Shown: positions 18,437 through 28,722, counted from the first letter of the stretch. The stretch: 64,000 nucleotides of DNA from Pseudomonadota bacterium (GCA_010031735.1 RGZB01000003.1:2259-66258), one strand, 5' to 3'. Translations and numbers: made by a program. Notes: generated by a model not told the origin, from the sequence alone.

Positions 18437-19096
18437 ATGAACCTACCTCTTATGCCTAAAGCAACCGCCGTATGGCTGATTGAAAACACCACGCTTAGCT
18501 TCGACCAGATCGGCGCATTCTGTGGCATGCACCCGCTTGAAGTGCAGGGTATTGCAGATGGCGACGTGGCAACGGGCATCCTTGGTGTGGATCCGGTAGC
18601 AGGCGGCCAGGTGAAACTCGACGATATCAAACGTGGCGAAAACGATCCGAACTACCGCCTGCAAATGATCGCGAAAACCGAAGAATACATCATCCAGCAG
18701 CGTAAGAAGAAATCGCGCTACACGCCGATTGCGCGCCGCCAGGATAAACCGGACGCGATCGCTTGGATCATCAAGAACCACCCAGAAATCAACGATGCCC
18801 AGATCGCGAAACTCATCGGCACCACCAAAAACACCATCGCAACGATCCGCGACCGTTCCCACTGGAACACTTCCCACATCCGTCCGCGCGATCCGGTTCT
18901 CCTTGGCCTCTGCACGCAGACGGACCTGCACGCAGCCATCCAGAAGGCCGCTGATGTGCACCGTAAGATGCTTGAGCGCCAAGAAAAAGAAGCCCGTAAG
19001 TCTTCCAAAGGCAAAAAGCCGGCACAAGCGAAATCATTTGCAGCTGATCCGGAAGCTCCGACCCCTGCGGGCGGCGGCGACGAACAGGCTGCTTAG
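18437..19096 (+). CDS. DUF1013 domain protein (TrcR-like alphaproteobacterial cell-cycle regulator family)
   Basis: MNLPLMPKATAVWLIENTTLSFDQIGAFCGMHPLEVQGIADGD is the conserved DUF1013 N-terminus. The track start (TTG 18356) adds an unconserved extension, so I prefer ATG 18437. The C-terminal tail is Lys/Ala-rich. Confidence 0.8.
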   Translation: MNLPLMPKATAVWLIENTTLSFDQIGAFCGMHPLEVQGIADGDVATGILGVDPVAGGQVKLDDIKRGENDPNYRLQMIAKTEEYIIQQRKKKSRYTPIARRQDKPDAIAWIIKNHPEINDAQIAKLIGTTKNTIATIRDRSHWNTSHIRPRDPVLLGLCTQTDLHAAIQKAADVHRKMLERQEKEARKSSKGKKPAQAKSFAADPEAPTPAGGGDEQAA

Positions 19097-19111
19097 GCCA
19101 GCGAAAGCCCC

Positions 19112-20584
19112 GTGAGCGCCCCGCACGATATCGATGTACTTTCCGCCCATGTCGAACATCTGGGTAAGGGTAAGGTACTTTGTATCGGCGATCTGATTCT
19201 CGATCATTTCATTTATGGTCAGGTTTCCCGCATCTCTCCGGAAGCACCCGTGCCAATCCTGCAGATCGCGCGCGAGACTTCCATGCTGGGTGGTGCAGGG
19301 AACGTCGTTCGGAACATCCTCTCGCTTGGTGGCAGTGCTGCTTTTATCTCCGTCATTGGCCATGATGCAGCAGGTAAAAATCTTACGGCACTCGTAGGTG
19401 AGGAAAAAAACATCGAAGCCTACCTGCAACCCGAAAAAGGTCGTCTCTCCACGATCAAGACGCGCTATATCGCAGGTAACCAACAACTGCTCCGTGCCGA
19501 TAAAGAAGTCACGGAAGCAATCAGCGCCGATACCGAAAAGAAAATCACGAGCCTCATCCGCACCCTAGTGCCGGATACTTCGGTGGTCGTGCTGTCGGAT
19601 TATGCGAAAGGTGTGCTCACCGACACCATCATCAAAGAATCCATCACCGCAGCACGAAAAGCAAAGATCAAAACCATCATCGATCCGAAACGCCGTGATC
19701 TTTCGATTTATAGTGGTGCCAGCATACTGACCCCGAATGTCAACGAACTGGCGCTTGCAACCGGCCTTCCGGTGGAGACGGATGAAGATGTGGTGAAAGC
19801 TGCCAAGGCCGTTATCAAGAGATTTGATTTCGAAGCCGTGCTCGTCACGCGCAACCAAAAGGGCATGACGCTTGTTACTGCTACCGGCAAACATTTCCAT
19901 TATCCTGCCGCAGCACAGGAAGTCTACGATGTCTCCGGCGCTGGCGATACCGTGATTGCAACACTCGCTATCTGCCTCTCTTCCGGCCTGTCGCTTGATG
20001 AGTCGGTGTTCTTATCCAATATCGCAGCGGGCATCGTGGTGGGCCGTGTGGGTACTGCAGCGGTGTACCGCACCGAACTCAAAACCGCTCTGCTCACCCA
20101 CAATCTGGTCGCGGGCACACGCAAAATCCTGCCTCAGAAATCCGCACTCGCGTATCTCGCACGCCTGCGCGATTCCGGCAAGAAAATCGGTTTCACGAAC
20201 GGCTGCTTCGATCTCATCCATCCGGGTCACGTCTCGCTGATGGAACAAGCGAAAGCTGCATGTGACGTGCTCGTCGTGGGGCTTAACAGTGATGATTCCG
20301 TGAAACGCCTGAAAGGTAAGGATCGCCCCGTACAGAACGAAATGTCCCGTGCACTCGTGCTTGCATCGCTCGAAGCGGTGGATGTGGTCATGCTCTTCCG
20401 CGAAGATACACCGATCGAACTCATCAAAGCCATCAAGCCAGACGTACTGATCAAAGGCGCGGATTACACGGTCGATACCGTGGTTGGCGGCGATTTCGTG
20501 CAGAAATATGGCGGGAAAGTATTACTCGCGAAACTCTCCAAGGGTGAGAGCACGACCAATATCGTCAAAAAATTAGCGAAATAG
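19112..20584 (+). CDS. hldE: Bifunctional D-beta-D-heptose 7-phosphate kinase / heptose 1-phosphate adenylyltransferase
   Basis: 490 aa. The N-terminal half is ribokinase-like (DVSGAGDT) and the C-terminal half is a cytidylyltransferase (TNGCFDLIHPGH). Confidence 0.9.
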   Translation: MSAPHDIDVLSAHVEHLGKGKVLCIGDLILDHFIYGQVSRISPEAPVPILQIARETSMLGGAGNVVRNILSLGGSAAFISVIGHDAAGKNLTALVGEEKNIEAYLQPEKGRLSTIKTRYIAGNQQLLRADKEVTEAISADTEKKITSLIRTLVPDTSVVVLSDYAKGVLTDTIIKESITAARKAKIKTIIDPKRRDLSIYSGASILTPNVNELALATGLPVETDEDVVKAAKAVIKRFDFEAVLVTRNQKGMTLVTATGKHFHYPAAAQEVYDVSGAGDTVIATLAICLSSGLSLDESVFLSNIAAGIVVGRVGTAAVYRTELKTALLTHNLVAGTRKILPQKSALAYLARLRDSGKKIGFTNGCFDLIHPGHVSLMEQAKAACDVLVVGLNSDDSVKRLKGKDRPVQNEMSRALVLASLEAVDVVMLFREDTPIELIKAIKPDVLIKGADYTVDTVVGGDFVQKYGGKVLLAKLSKGESTTNIVKKLAK

Positions 20585-22264
20585 ATACACGCCGATCACG
20601 ATCAACAACATCAACACCATCATCAGTACCACGCTGCTGATCGTACGCGTTCGCGCAAGCAACCCGTTTTCGCTTCCATAGACTCGCGCGTGTGCAGTGA
20701 TACGAAGCATAAAGCCCTTCCCCACGATCTGCACCATCTCGACCAGCATGTTCCAGACAGATTCTACTTTCATCAATAGCTGCACCAGTGTTTTACGGTA
20801 AATGATATCCATATCTGGCAATGGTTTCTGTACTTTAGAGAACCACGGCAGCATTCGGTAAAAAATCACCATACTTACTGCCACCAAGATGAGCTGTTTG
20901 AAAACACCATGCACATCATAAACGTTAAAGGAAAGCTTTGCTGGCAGTAGTGGCAACAGTAACGTCGGGTATAGTCCAAGGACCATAAGCATAAGCGCAC
21001 CCAACACACAGGCCGCAACTTGCTCTGGTAGAATCGCCTTTGCATTTCTTTTGTCAGTCGACCCAAAACACAGGGACCAAGGAAATAAAAAGTGCGCGAC
21101 ACCCAGTACCACACAGGAAGAGATAAACAACGTAACAGCATGCAATCCTTCACTGATCGCTGCCTTAATCAGCAGTGTCTTAGTAAGAAAAGAAAACGAA
21201 AGCGGAAAGGCTACGGCGCACATCACTGCAATGACAATAGCAACACCAATTAGCGGTGATTGCTTAAAGAAGCCCCGCATAGCATGGATATCACGCGTGC
21301 CAGTCGACTGAATAGCGATGCCTGCTGCTACGAAGAATATGGCACCATATAGCATATGCGAAAGCGCCTGCATCACTACACTCGCCTGTGCAAGGGGTGT
21401 ACCTATACTGACACCGATCACCATCACACCCAAACCAGACACCAGCAAGTACGACAATAATTTGCGTACATCTTGTGCGAACGCCGCATACAGGAACCCG
21501 TAAAGTGTCATAAAGACACCCACATAGAGTAGGAAATGGTTTCCCGTAAATAGCGTGAGCAACACGAAAATCGAAGCCTTTGTCGTGCACGCCGAGAGGA
21601 GTACGGCACCCGAAGGTGATGCCTCCGCATAGCTATCGGCCACCCAGGCAGAGAACGGGGGGGCTGCAACGTTGATGAGGACCGCCAGGGTAATCAGTAT
21701 ATCCGGCAACATATGGGAATCAGCGAAATTCTGGATATCCACTTCAATCGGAGTAAACGCACCCCCACTACCCAGTGCGAGCTTTGCTGTTACACCGAAC
21801 AGTAGAAGTACACCACCCAGCACATGCATCACGGCATAACGCATACCAGCGCCGCCCGAATCTTTCATGCCACCATTCCAAATGAGCAGAGTAGCGAATA
21901 GGGCCATCAGTTCCCACGCAATCAGCAAGAAGAAATAATCCGAGGCATATACCACCATTACTGCAGCACCGGCGTACATATACCCGAGTGCGAGTTCACG
22001 CGGTTTGTTCGTGCGCATTCCCATAAGGCCTGCCATCCAGGCAACCAACGTAAATCCGCACGCAAAAAGCGTGCTGTAGGGCCGCACCATCACATCGTAA
22101 GCATCTACACCCATCATATGCAGGTGTAACACTGTTGGAGAAAATAAAATCAGTGCAGAAAGCGTTATCAATGGAAGTGCTACCACCAGAATATGGAAGA
22201 GTAACCCGCGCAGCATCAGCATGGCGATACCACCGAATAACAATATCAGCGCCGGTGAAAACAT
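20573..22264 (-). CDS. Divergent MrpD/NuoL-M-N-like proton-conducting membrane subunit (third paralogue)
   Basis: Polytopic, about 563 aa from Met22 of the track ORF; that start removes the 62-nt overlap with the upstream gene. The antiporter core motif is degenerate: PPFSAWVADSYAEASPSGAVLLSACTTKASIF. There is an extra C-terminal extension. Confidence 0.7.
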   Translation of the reverse strand: MFSPALILLFGGIAMLMLRGLLFHILVVALPLITLSALILFSPTVLHLHMMGVDAYDVMVRPYSTLFACGFTLVAWMAGLMGMRTNKPRELALGYMYAGAAVMVVYASDYFFLLIAWELMALFATLLIWNGGMKDSGGAGMRYAVMHVLGGVLLLFGVTAKLALGSGGAFTPIEVDIQNFADSHMLPDILITLAVLINVAAPPFSAWVADSYAEASPSGAVLLSACTTKASIFVLLTLFTGNHFLLYVGVFMTLYGFLYAAFAQDVRKLLSYLLVSGLGVMVIGVSIGTPLAQASVVMQALSHMLYGAIFFVAAGIAIQSTGTRDIHAMRGFFKQSPLIGVAIVIAVMCAVAFPLSFSFLTKTLLIKAAISEGLHAVTLFISSCVVLGVAHFLFPWSLCFGSTDKRNAKAILPEQVAACVLGALMLMVLGLYPTLLLPLLPAKLSFNVYDVHGVFKQLILVAVSMVIFYRMLPWFSKVQKPLPDMDIIYRKTLVQLLMKVESVWNMLVEMVQIVGKGFMLRITAHARVYGSENGLLARTRTISSVVLMMVLMLLIVIGVYLFR

Positions 22265-22265
22265 C

Positions 22266-23741
22266 TCACTCCCCCGCAACCAGTTTAGAGAGCCAGACAA
22301 ATGTATCCGGCACGAAAAAGAGTACAATCACCAGGAAAGCTACAAAAAGATTTGCAAATACCATGATTGCAGGTGCTTCCTTCATCACGGATTTTTCTCT
22401 CGGCGGCAGGAAATACGCCTGATGGATAATGGGTAGAAAATAGGCAGCATTCAGTAATGTACTCACGAAAATAACGAGGACTGCAAAATAATGTTCTGAC
22501 TCGAATGCCCCTTTCGATAGATAGAATTTACTGAGGAAACCTACGGTTGGCGGGATACCGATCATCGCAAGCGCCCCTACAGTGAAAGCAGCCATAGTAA
22601 AAGGCATGGTCCTACCAATACCACGCATTTCACTCACATTGGATTTATGCTGCGCGGTGTAGATCGATCCCGCAGCAAAGAATAAAGTGATCTTAGAACA
22701 AGCATGTGCGACGATGTGAAAACACGCTGCCATGATGGCGGTTTTGGTCGATAGCGCCGTAGCCATCACGATATAGGAAAGTTGGCTCACCGTAGAGTAG
22801 GCAAGCCGCAACTTCAGCGCCCCCTGCCGGAGCGCCTTCAGTGAAGCAAGTACGACGGTTACACCCGCTACATACACCATCCAATTGCTGACCCACGGCT
22901 CTTGGCGTGAAAGCATGAGCAGATTCGATGTTCCGAAAATATAGACCACGACCTTCAGAAGAGTAAACACACCGGCTTTTACCACCGCCACCGCATGTAA
23001 AAGCGCACTCACCGGTGCCGGCGCCACCATCGCAGCAGGAAGCCAGCGATGGAACGGCATCACGGCAGCCTTACTGACACCGAACACATACAAGGCGAGA
23101 AGAATACCCGTTACAAGTGGGCTTGCTTTTCCTGCGAGTACACCTCCAGGTTCGAAGTTGAGTGAGCCTGCGACATACCAGGTCCAGAGGACGGCCGGCA
23201 GCAAGAACGCCATCGAAGTACCGAGCAGTATGTATAGATAGGTTCGGCCTGCACGTTTTGCTTCCTCCGTACCGGAATGTACGACCAGCGGATAGGTGAA
23301 CAGCGTCAGCAGTTCATAAAAGATAAAGAGCGTGAATAGGTTCCCTGCCAGCGCGATTCCCATGGTGGCAAAGAGCGAGAGTGCGAAGAAACCATAGAAA
23401 CGTGAGAGATGCGCTTCCTTATTCGCGCGCATATACCCGATCGCATAAAACGTCGTCACTACCCAAAGCAGGGAAGAAACCAGCATGAATAATGCACTAA
23501 GGGGGTCGGCCAAGAACATGATGCTAAGGTTGGGTGCGAATTCTACAAGCGTCACACCGCGCGCCATCCCCCGCATCGCAAGCATGAGGAAATTCATGAC
23601 ATTGAAGAACAATAGAAGCGACGCTGTTATGCTCAGTACATTACGCAGGAATGGCTTCTGTAAGAAGAACGTCAGCACACCGCATAGCAGTGGAATGAAA
23701 AGGATGAGGTAGGTGATGAAACTGATGGCCGTGGAATTCAT
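22266..23741 (-). CDS. MrpD/NuoM-N-like cation:proton antiporter subunit (canonical paralogue)
   Basis: 491 aa with canonical motif MPFHRWLPAAMVAPAPVSALLHAVAVVKAGVF. It overlaps the upstream gene by 4 nt. Confidence 0.85.
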   Translation of the reverse strand: MNSTAISFITYLILFIPLLCGVLTFFLQKPFLRNVLSITASLLLFFNVMNFLMLAMRGMARGVTLVEFAPNLSIMFLADPLSALFMLVSSLLWVVTTFYAIGYMRANKEAHLSRFYGFFALSLFATMGIALAGNLFTLFIFYELLTLFTYPLVVHSGTEEAKRAGRTYLYILLGTSMAFLLPAVLWTWYVAGSLNFEPGGVLAGKASPLVTGILLALYVFGVSKAAVMPFHRWLPAAMVAPAPVSALLHAVAVVKAGVFTLLKVVVYIFGTSNLLMLSRQEPWVSNWMVYVAGVTVVLASLKALRQGALKLRLAYSTVSQLSYIVMATALSTKTAIMAACFHIVAHACSKITLFFAAGSIYTAQHKSNVSEMRGIGRTMPFTMAAFTVGALAMIGIPPTVGFLSKFYLSKGAFESEHYFAVLVIFVSTLLNAAYFLPIIHQAYFLPPREKSVMKEAPAIMVFANLFVAFLVIVLFFVPDTFVWLSKLVAGE

Positions 23742-25207
23742 GGATACACACCAAACATAGAATAGGCAGCCCGTGCTGCAGAACCCAGCACCGGCGCACT
23801 ATAAAATCCGAACAGGATATTCAGGAATGTCACCAGCGCCAGTGAGCATTGCATGGAAGCAGGCACGGCGCGTATTTTACCGCTTGAAGCACCGAAATAC
23901 ATTGTTTCCGCCACCTTCCAAATATATATCAGCGAGAGAATCGAACTCATGAGCACCAACACCAGTAGACCCCATTGTTTTGCCTCGAGTAACGCCTGCA
24001 ACAACATCCATTTACTGATAAATCCTACCGTACCCGGCACCCCCACCAGACTGAGCCCACATACGATAAAACAGATGCAAATGAATGGCATGGATTTCAG
24101 AAGCCCAGCCATATCCTCGATCCGCACACTACCTTTGGCATAAAAAACGCAACCCACTGCAAGGAATAATCCCGCTTTTGAAAGTGCATGGGCATAAAAA
24201 TGCGTGAGTGAAGCCGTAAGCCCCAATGACGTAGCAAGGGCAATGCCAAGAGTCAGATAACCGATATTGGCAATACTCGAAAATGCGAGGAGACGCTTGA
24301 TATCACTCTGATAGAGTGCCGCGATCGAACCGAGCACAATTCCCAGAATAGCAACAGCAAACAGAAGAAATGCAAGCGGAATACTGAAGATGTCGGAGAT
24401 GCCACTAAACACAGTGAACTGCAAACGCAGGAGCAGATAGACGCTCACTTTTGTTGCGGTTGCAGCAAGAAATGCCGAGATCAAGGAAGGGGCATGGGTA
24501 TAACCATTCACTAACCACCCCTGAAGCGGAAAATAGGCGATCTTGAGAGCAAGGCCGATCAGCACGAAGGCGATGCCTGCATCCACGATCCTGAGGTGCG
24601 AGGCTTGCGGCAAACGTGTGGCCATATTACTGATATTAAGGGTACCCGTTGCAAAATAAAGGAAACCTATACCGATTAAGAAAAACGTGGCCCCGATAGT
24701 ACCCTGTACAAGATATTCATAAGCTGCGGTAAGTGCTTTTCGATTCTGTCCCATGGCGATCAGCGCATAGGTTGCAAGTGAAGCGATTTCTAGGAATACA
24801 TAAATATTGAAGATGTCGTTCGTTGCAGACATGCCAAGCAGGCCTGCTAGCATGAGCAGAAACACGGCATAGAAAAGCGACTGCTTATGTTCGGGTATTT
24901 CTGCCTCTATACTACGAAGTGCAAACGGTGCCATCACACATGCTGCACCGGAAATGAGCGGTAATAGATAGCTATTCAGCGCATCGATACGGTATTCGAT
25001 CCCGATAGGCGCCGTCCAACCTCCAAGCATATAGGTAAGGCCATAAGGCGGAAGTCCGAGCGCTAGAAGAACCGATACTATAAACGTGATAAACATCACG
25101 GCCATAGCAAATCCCCACGCCACCCTACCCTTCATTAAAAAAGCCGTAACAGGCGCAGCGAGTAGTGGGATGATAACTTGTAAGATGGGGAGGTGCTTAG
25201 CGATCAC
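23738..25207 (-). CDS. MrpD/NuoM-N-like antiporter subunit (divergent paralogue)
   Basis: 489 aa and polytopic, with a degenerate core motif FPLQGWLVNGYTHAPSLISAFLAATATKVSVY. It overlaps the MrpC-like gene by 4 nt. Confidence 0.8.
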   Translation of the reverse strand: MIAKHLPILQVIIPLLAAPVTAFLMKGRVAWGFAMAVMFITFIVSVLLALGLPPYGLTYMLGGWTAPIGIEYRIDALNSYLLPLISGAACVMAPFALRSIEAEIPEHKQSLFYAVFLLMLAGLLGMSATNDIFNIYVFLEIASLATYALIAMGQNRKALTAAYEYLVQGTIGATFFLIGIGFLYFATGTLNISNMATRLPQASHLRIVDAGIAFVLIGLALKIAYFPLQGWLVNGYTHAPSLISAFLAATATKVSVYLLLRLQFTVFSGISDIFSIPLAFLLFAVAILGIVLGSIAALYQSDIKRLLAFSSIANIGYLTLGIALATSLGLTASLTHFYAHALSKAGLFLAVGCVFYAKGSVRIEDMAGLLKSMPFICICFIVCGLSLVGVPGTVGFISKWMLLQALLEAKQWGLLVLVLMSSILSLIYIWKVAETMYFGASSGKIRAVPASMQCSLALVTFLNILFGFYSAPVLGSAARAAYSMFGVYP

Positions 25208-25641
25208 GCGCGCCTCCGCCTGGCCCGCTTGCTATTGCCTCTATGTTTGATTTTGGTTTTCTGAGCCGGTTTGCGGACAGGAGCATTATCTGCGAGCAGA
25301 ATCTCCTCTTCCTCCAGCGTACCGTACGCTTGCTTGATCCTTACTGCAAGTGCGAGACCCACCGCCAGTGTTGCCACACCTACGACGATAGCAGTCAGCA
25401 TCAGCACATGAGGCAAGGGATTGATATAGTCGGTAGCACCGTCGCCTAGGATAGGGAAGCGTGCATCCTTCACATACGCCACCGAGATATATAGTAAAAG
25501 CACCGCCGTTTGGAAAATCGCAAGACCGATCAGTTTCTTGATCAGGTTACTGCTCGCGATCACGCCATAAAGCCCCACCATCATGATCACCACACTGACC
25601 CAATAGTTATAGTGATGGAGGAGAAAATAGCCAGAACCCAT
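25204..25641 (-). CDS. MrpC/MnhC (NuoK-like) antiporter subunit with basic C-terminal tail
   Basis: 145 aa with three TM segments and NLIKKLIGLAIFQTAVLLLY, typical of MnhC. An extra tail ends in KHRGNSKRARRRRA. Confidence 0.8.
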   Translation of the reverse strand: MGSGYFLLHHYNYWVSVVIMMVGLYGVIASSNLIKKLIGLAIFQTAVLLLYISVAYVKDARFPILGDGATDYINPLPHVLMLTAIVVGVATLAVGLALAVRIKQAYGTLEEEEILLADNAPVRKPAQKTKIKHRGNSKRARRRRA

Positions 25642-26073
25642 CTATTTACCCTTCATCTGGTCCGCATAGTCCGCGAAGCTATGGAAGAGCAGCAGCATCA
25701 CAGAAAATACGGTGAGCCCCACGCCCGCCTCGATCAGGATGATACCGAGCACTTGACCCTGCGTTGCTGTCGGGAGCAGGAAAGAATAATCCAGATAGTA
25801 GGCATCGGCAGCAAAGGAAAAGGTGCCGGTGATCCCGTAAATCAAAACACCTGCTGCGGCGAGTTTGCGAAGCGCAGTAGCGGATACGACTTTCGTGAGC
25901 CTATCCAATCCGAATACCAATGCGTAGAGAATAAAGGAGGCCGCCATCACCACACCGGCCTGAAAACCACCGCCGGGGGTCATCTCACCATGTAACTGAA
26001 CATAGAACGCCGCGATCATGATAAATGGGATGATGAATGCCGCCACAACGCGCAGTACGATATGTTCTTTCAT
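25642..26073 (-). CDS. MrpB/MnhB-domain antiporter subunit
   Basis: About 143 aa from ATG 26073, which is preceded by AAGGGAG. HGEMTPGGGFQAGVV is the MnhB signature. The track start at 26196 would overlap the divergent gene and lacks an RBS. Confidence 0.75.
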   Translation of the reverse strand: MKEHIVLRVVAAFIIPFIMIAAFYVQLHGEMTPGGGFQAGVVMAASFILYALVFGLDRLTKVVSATALRKLAAAGVLIYGITGTFSFAADAYYLDYSFLLPTATQGQVLGIILIEAGVGLTVFSVMLLLFHSFADYADQMKGK

Positions 26074-26144
26074 TTCGTAAACTCCCTTGCTATGAATATC
26101 TATCACACTGCTGCCCAAATAAAAAACTTTATTGATGGTGCCCC

Positions 26145-27695
26145 ATGCAAAAACCGCTCTATACCATATCACTTGCTGCCTTTCTGTCTGTTGCATTGCT
26201 CTTCTGCACTGGCGCGCACGCAGCCGATAAGAAAACCAAAGAAACAGCCATAACGATCTACAGTAAAGCCGGCGGCGGTGCGGTTTCCCCTGATATGTAT
26301 CGCCCCCTTCCCGGCGGGCAGATGGGTTGGACAGGTAGCAGCGTTCCTGGCTATGCCATCGTACATGAAAAACGTGCCATTACACTTCCGGAAGCGAAAA
26401 GCACCGTACAATTCACTGATGTCGCGGCGCTCATCGACCCTACTACGGTCACCTTTGCCTCCCTCACCGACCCCTCCGGCACCAAAGTCATCGAACAGAA
26501 CTACCTCTTTGATCTCGTCAATGGCGAAAAGTTGCTGGAGCGTTATGTCGGCGAGAATATCAAAGTCGATCAGGTGGTCGGTGATAAGGTCGAAAGCGTG
26601 TCCGGAAAATTGCTGAGTGCTGCGCATCCGTTGGTGCTTGAAGAGGTCGGTGGCAAAATCACGAGTTTGGGTAGCTACCAGAATATCCGTTTCCCGGAAC
26701 TTCCGGGAGGGCTCATTACGAAACCCACCCTGTCCTGGCAGATACTTACCAAGAAAACCGGCGATCATATGGCCGATGTTTCGTATGAAACCGCCGGCAT
26801 CACCTGGTGGGCGGATTACAATGCGGTATTCACCGATGGGAAAGACGCCAATAGCGGCATTCTTAAACTGAGCTCATGGGTGAGCATCGTCAATCAATCG
26901 GGTGCAAGCTATGACAATGCGAAACTGAAACTGGTCGCAGGCGATGTGAACCGTGCGCAGGCGCCTCAGCCCGTAGGACGTTATATGGCAAAAGCAGCCA
27001 CAATGGAGTTGGCTGACGCCGTAGCACCAAACTTCGAAGAAAAATCCTTCTTTGAATTCCATCTCTATACGCTCTCCCAGCCGACCACCATCCCCATGAA
27101 CACCACGAAGCAGATGGAGTTGTTCCCGAGTGCAAACAATATCGCGGTGGAGAAACGCCTGGTATATAATGGTGCACTCTTCCCGTATTACGGCGGCTTT
27201 AACAGCGACCGGAATTATGGCGCAGAGAACGGCAACAAGAAGGTCGATGTCTATCTTGCTTTCAAGAATAGCGAAGAGAATGGCCTCGGCATCCCCCTTC
27301 CGGCAGGCCGCCTGCGCATCAATAAGGTGGATAGCGACGATAACACGCAGGAATTCATCGGCGAAGACCGCATCGATCATACCGCAAAAAACGAAGAGGT
27401 CCTGATCAAGATGGGCAATGCCTTCGATGTGGTAGGCGAACGCAAGCAAGTGGATTTCCAGGTGGATAACACCCGCAAATGGATGAAAGAAACCATCGAG
27501 ATCACGTTACGCAACCATAAGAAATCGGATGTGAAGGTCACTGCACATGAGAACCTGTACCGCGCAGCGAACTGGAAGATCACGAACGAGTCCGAAAAGT
27601 ACGAGAAGAAGGATGCGAACACCATCGAGTTCACGACCAACATACCGAAGGACGGTGAGAAGAAAATCCGCTACAGTGTAGAGTATAGCTGGTAG
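26145..27695 (+). CDS. Secreted DUF4139-type protein (MuiA-like family)
   Basis: 516 aa with signal peptide ending CTGAHA-AD. The region LSSWVSIVNQSGASYDNAKLKLVAGDVNR resembles the DUF4139 core. Assignment is from memory of the family pattern. Confidence 0.6.
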   Translation: MQKPLYTISLAAFLSVALLFCTGAHAADKKTKETAITIYSKAGGGAVSPDMYRPLPGGQMGWTGSSVPGYAIVHEKRAITLPEAKSTVQFTDVAALIDPTTVTFASLTDPSGTKVIEQNYLFDLVNGEKLLERYVGENIKVDQVVGDKVESVSGKLLSAAHPLVLEEVGGKITSLGSYQNIRFPELPGGLITKPTLSWQILTKKTGDHMADVSYETAGITWWADYNAVFTDGKDANSGILKLSSWVSIVNQSGASYDNAKLKLVAGDVNRAQAPQPVGRYMAKAATMELADAVAPNFEEKSFFEFHLYTLSQPTTIPMNTTKQMELFPSANNIAVEKRLVYNGALFPYYGGFNSDRNYGAENGNKKVDVYLAFKNSEENGLGIPLPAGRLRINKVDSDDNTQEFIGEDRIDHTAKNEEVLIKMGNAFDVVGERKQVDFQVDNTRKWMKETIEITLRNHKKSDVKVTAHENLYRAANWKITNESEKYEKKDANTIEFTTNIPKDGEKKIRYSVEYSW

Positions 27696-27696
27696 T

Positions 27697-28722
27697 TTAA
27701 GCGACCTGGACAGGCGATATCAGCGTCGCGAGTGCCTGCTCGGTTTCATGCGCCCCCAGTTTCTTCGGCTTTGGAAGCGCTTTGAAACCCTTGGTGAAGC
27801 GGTCCATCGCCTGCTGGCTCATGAGGGGTGTGTTCTCCGCCACTTCGGCCTTCTCTGCCATCTTGCCGTTGCAGTGCAGCACTACATCACACCCTGCGTT
27901 GATGGATTGATGTACACGCTCCGCATAGCTACCGGAGAGCGCTTTCATGGAAAGGTCGTCGGTGAGCAATAAGCCATCGAATCCGATTTCATCGCGGATC
28001 ACCTTCACCACTTTCTTCGAGTGCGTTGCCGGGAGTTTATCGTCGATTGCGGTATAGATCACATGCGCCGTCATCGCCCACGGGATATGCGCGAGTTCTT
28101 TGAACGGCACGAAGTCGGTTTTACGGAGCACCTCGAGCGGTGCATCCACCACCGGCAACTCGTGGTGGCTATCCACCTTCGTGCGGCCATGCCCCGGGAT
28201 ATGTTTGATGATGGGCATCACACCGCTATCCATCATGCCACGGCACACTTCGGTCGCGAGTTTCACGATCTGCCTCGGTTCAGTGCCGAATGCGCGGTCG
28301 CCGATCACATCGCTCATTCCTTTGACCAACAGGTCAAGCACTGGCGTACAATCCACATTGATACCCTGCGCCTGCAGTTCCATCGCTATCAGGCGATTGT
28401 TAAGATAGGTTGCCTCTTTTGCGGCCTTCTCATCTCGAGCCGCCAGTTTCGCATACACATCCGCCGGAACGGTCTTGCGCCAATGCGGTGGTCTAAGGCG
28501 TGCCACACGACCACCCTCCTGATCGATCAGGATCGGTACATCCTCGCGTCCACTGATTTCACGCAGCGAATCGGTCAATGCTTTGAGTTGTTTGGGTTCT
28601 TTGCAGCTGCGGGCAAAAAGAATATAACCGAGAGGATTATGTTTCTTGAAGAAGGCCCGCTCTTCTTTCGTGAGCTCGGTTCCCTCGACATCAATGATGA
28701 GCGCCTTCATTGCCCCAGCCAT
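27697..28722 (-). CDS. nagZ: Beta-N-acetylhexosaminidase (GH3)
   Basis: 341 aa with IDQEGGRVARL, KHIPGHG and LLLTDDLSM motifs. Confidence 0.9.
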   Translation of the reverse strand: MAGAMKALIIDVEGTELTKEERAFFKKHNPLGYILFARSCKEPKQLKALTDSLREISGREDVPILIDQEGGRVARLRPPHWRKTVPADVYAKLAARDEKAAKEATYLNNRLIAMELQAQGINVDCTPVLDLLVKGMSDVIGDRAFGTEPRQIVKLATEVCRGMMDSGVMPIIKHIPGHGRTKVDSHHELPVVDAPLEVLRKTDFVPFKELAHIPWAMTAHVIYTAIDDKLPATHSKKVVKVIRDEIGFDGLLLTDDLSMKALSGSYAERVHQSINAGCDVVLHCNGKMAEKAEVAENTPLMSQQAMDRFTKGFKALPKPKKLGAHETEQALATLISPVQVA

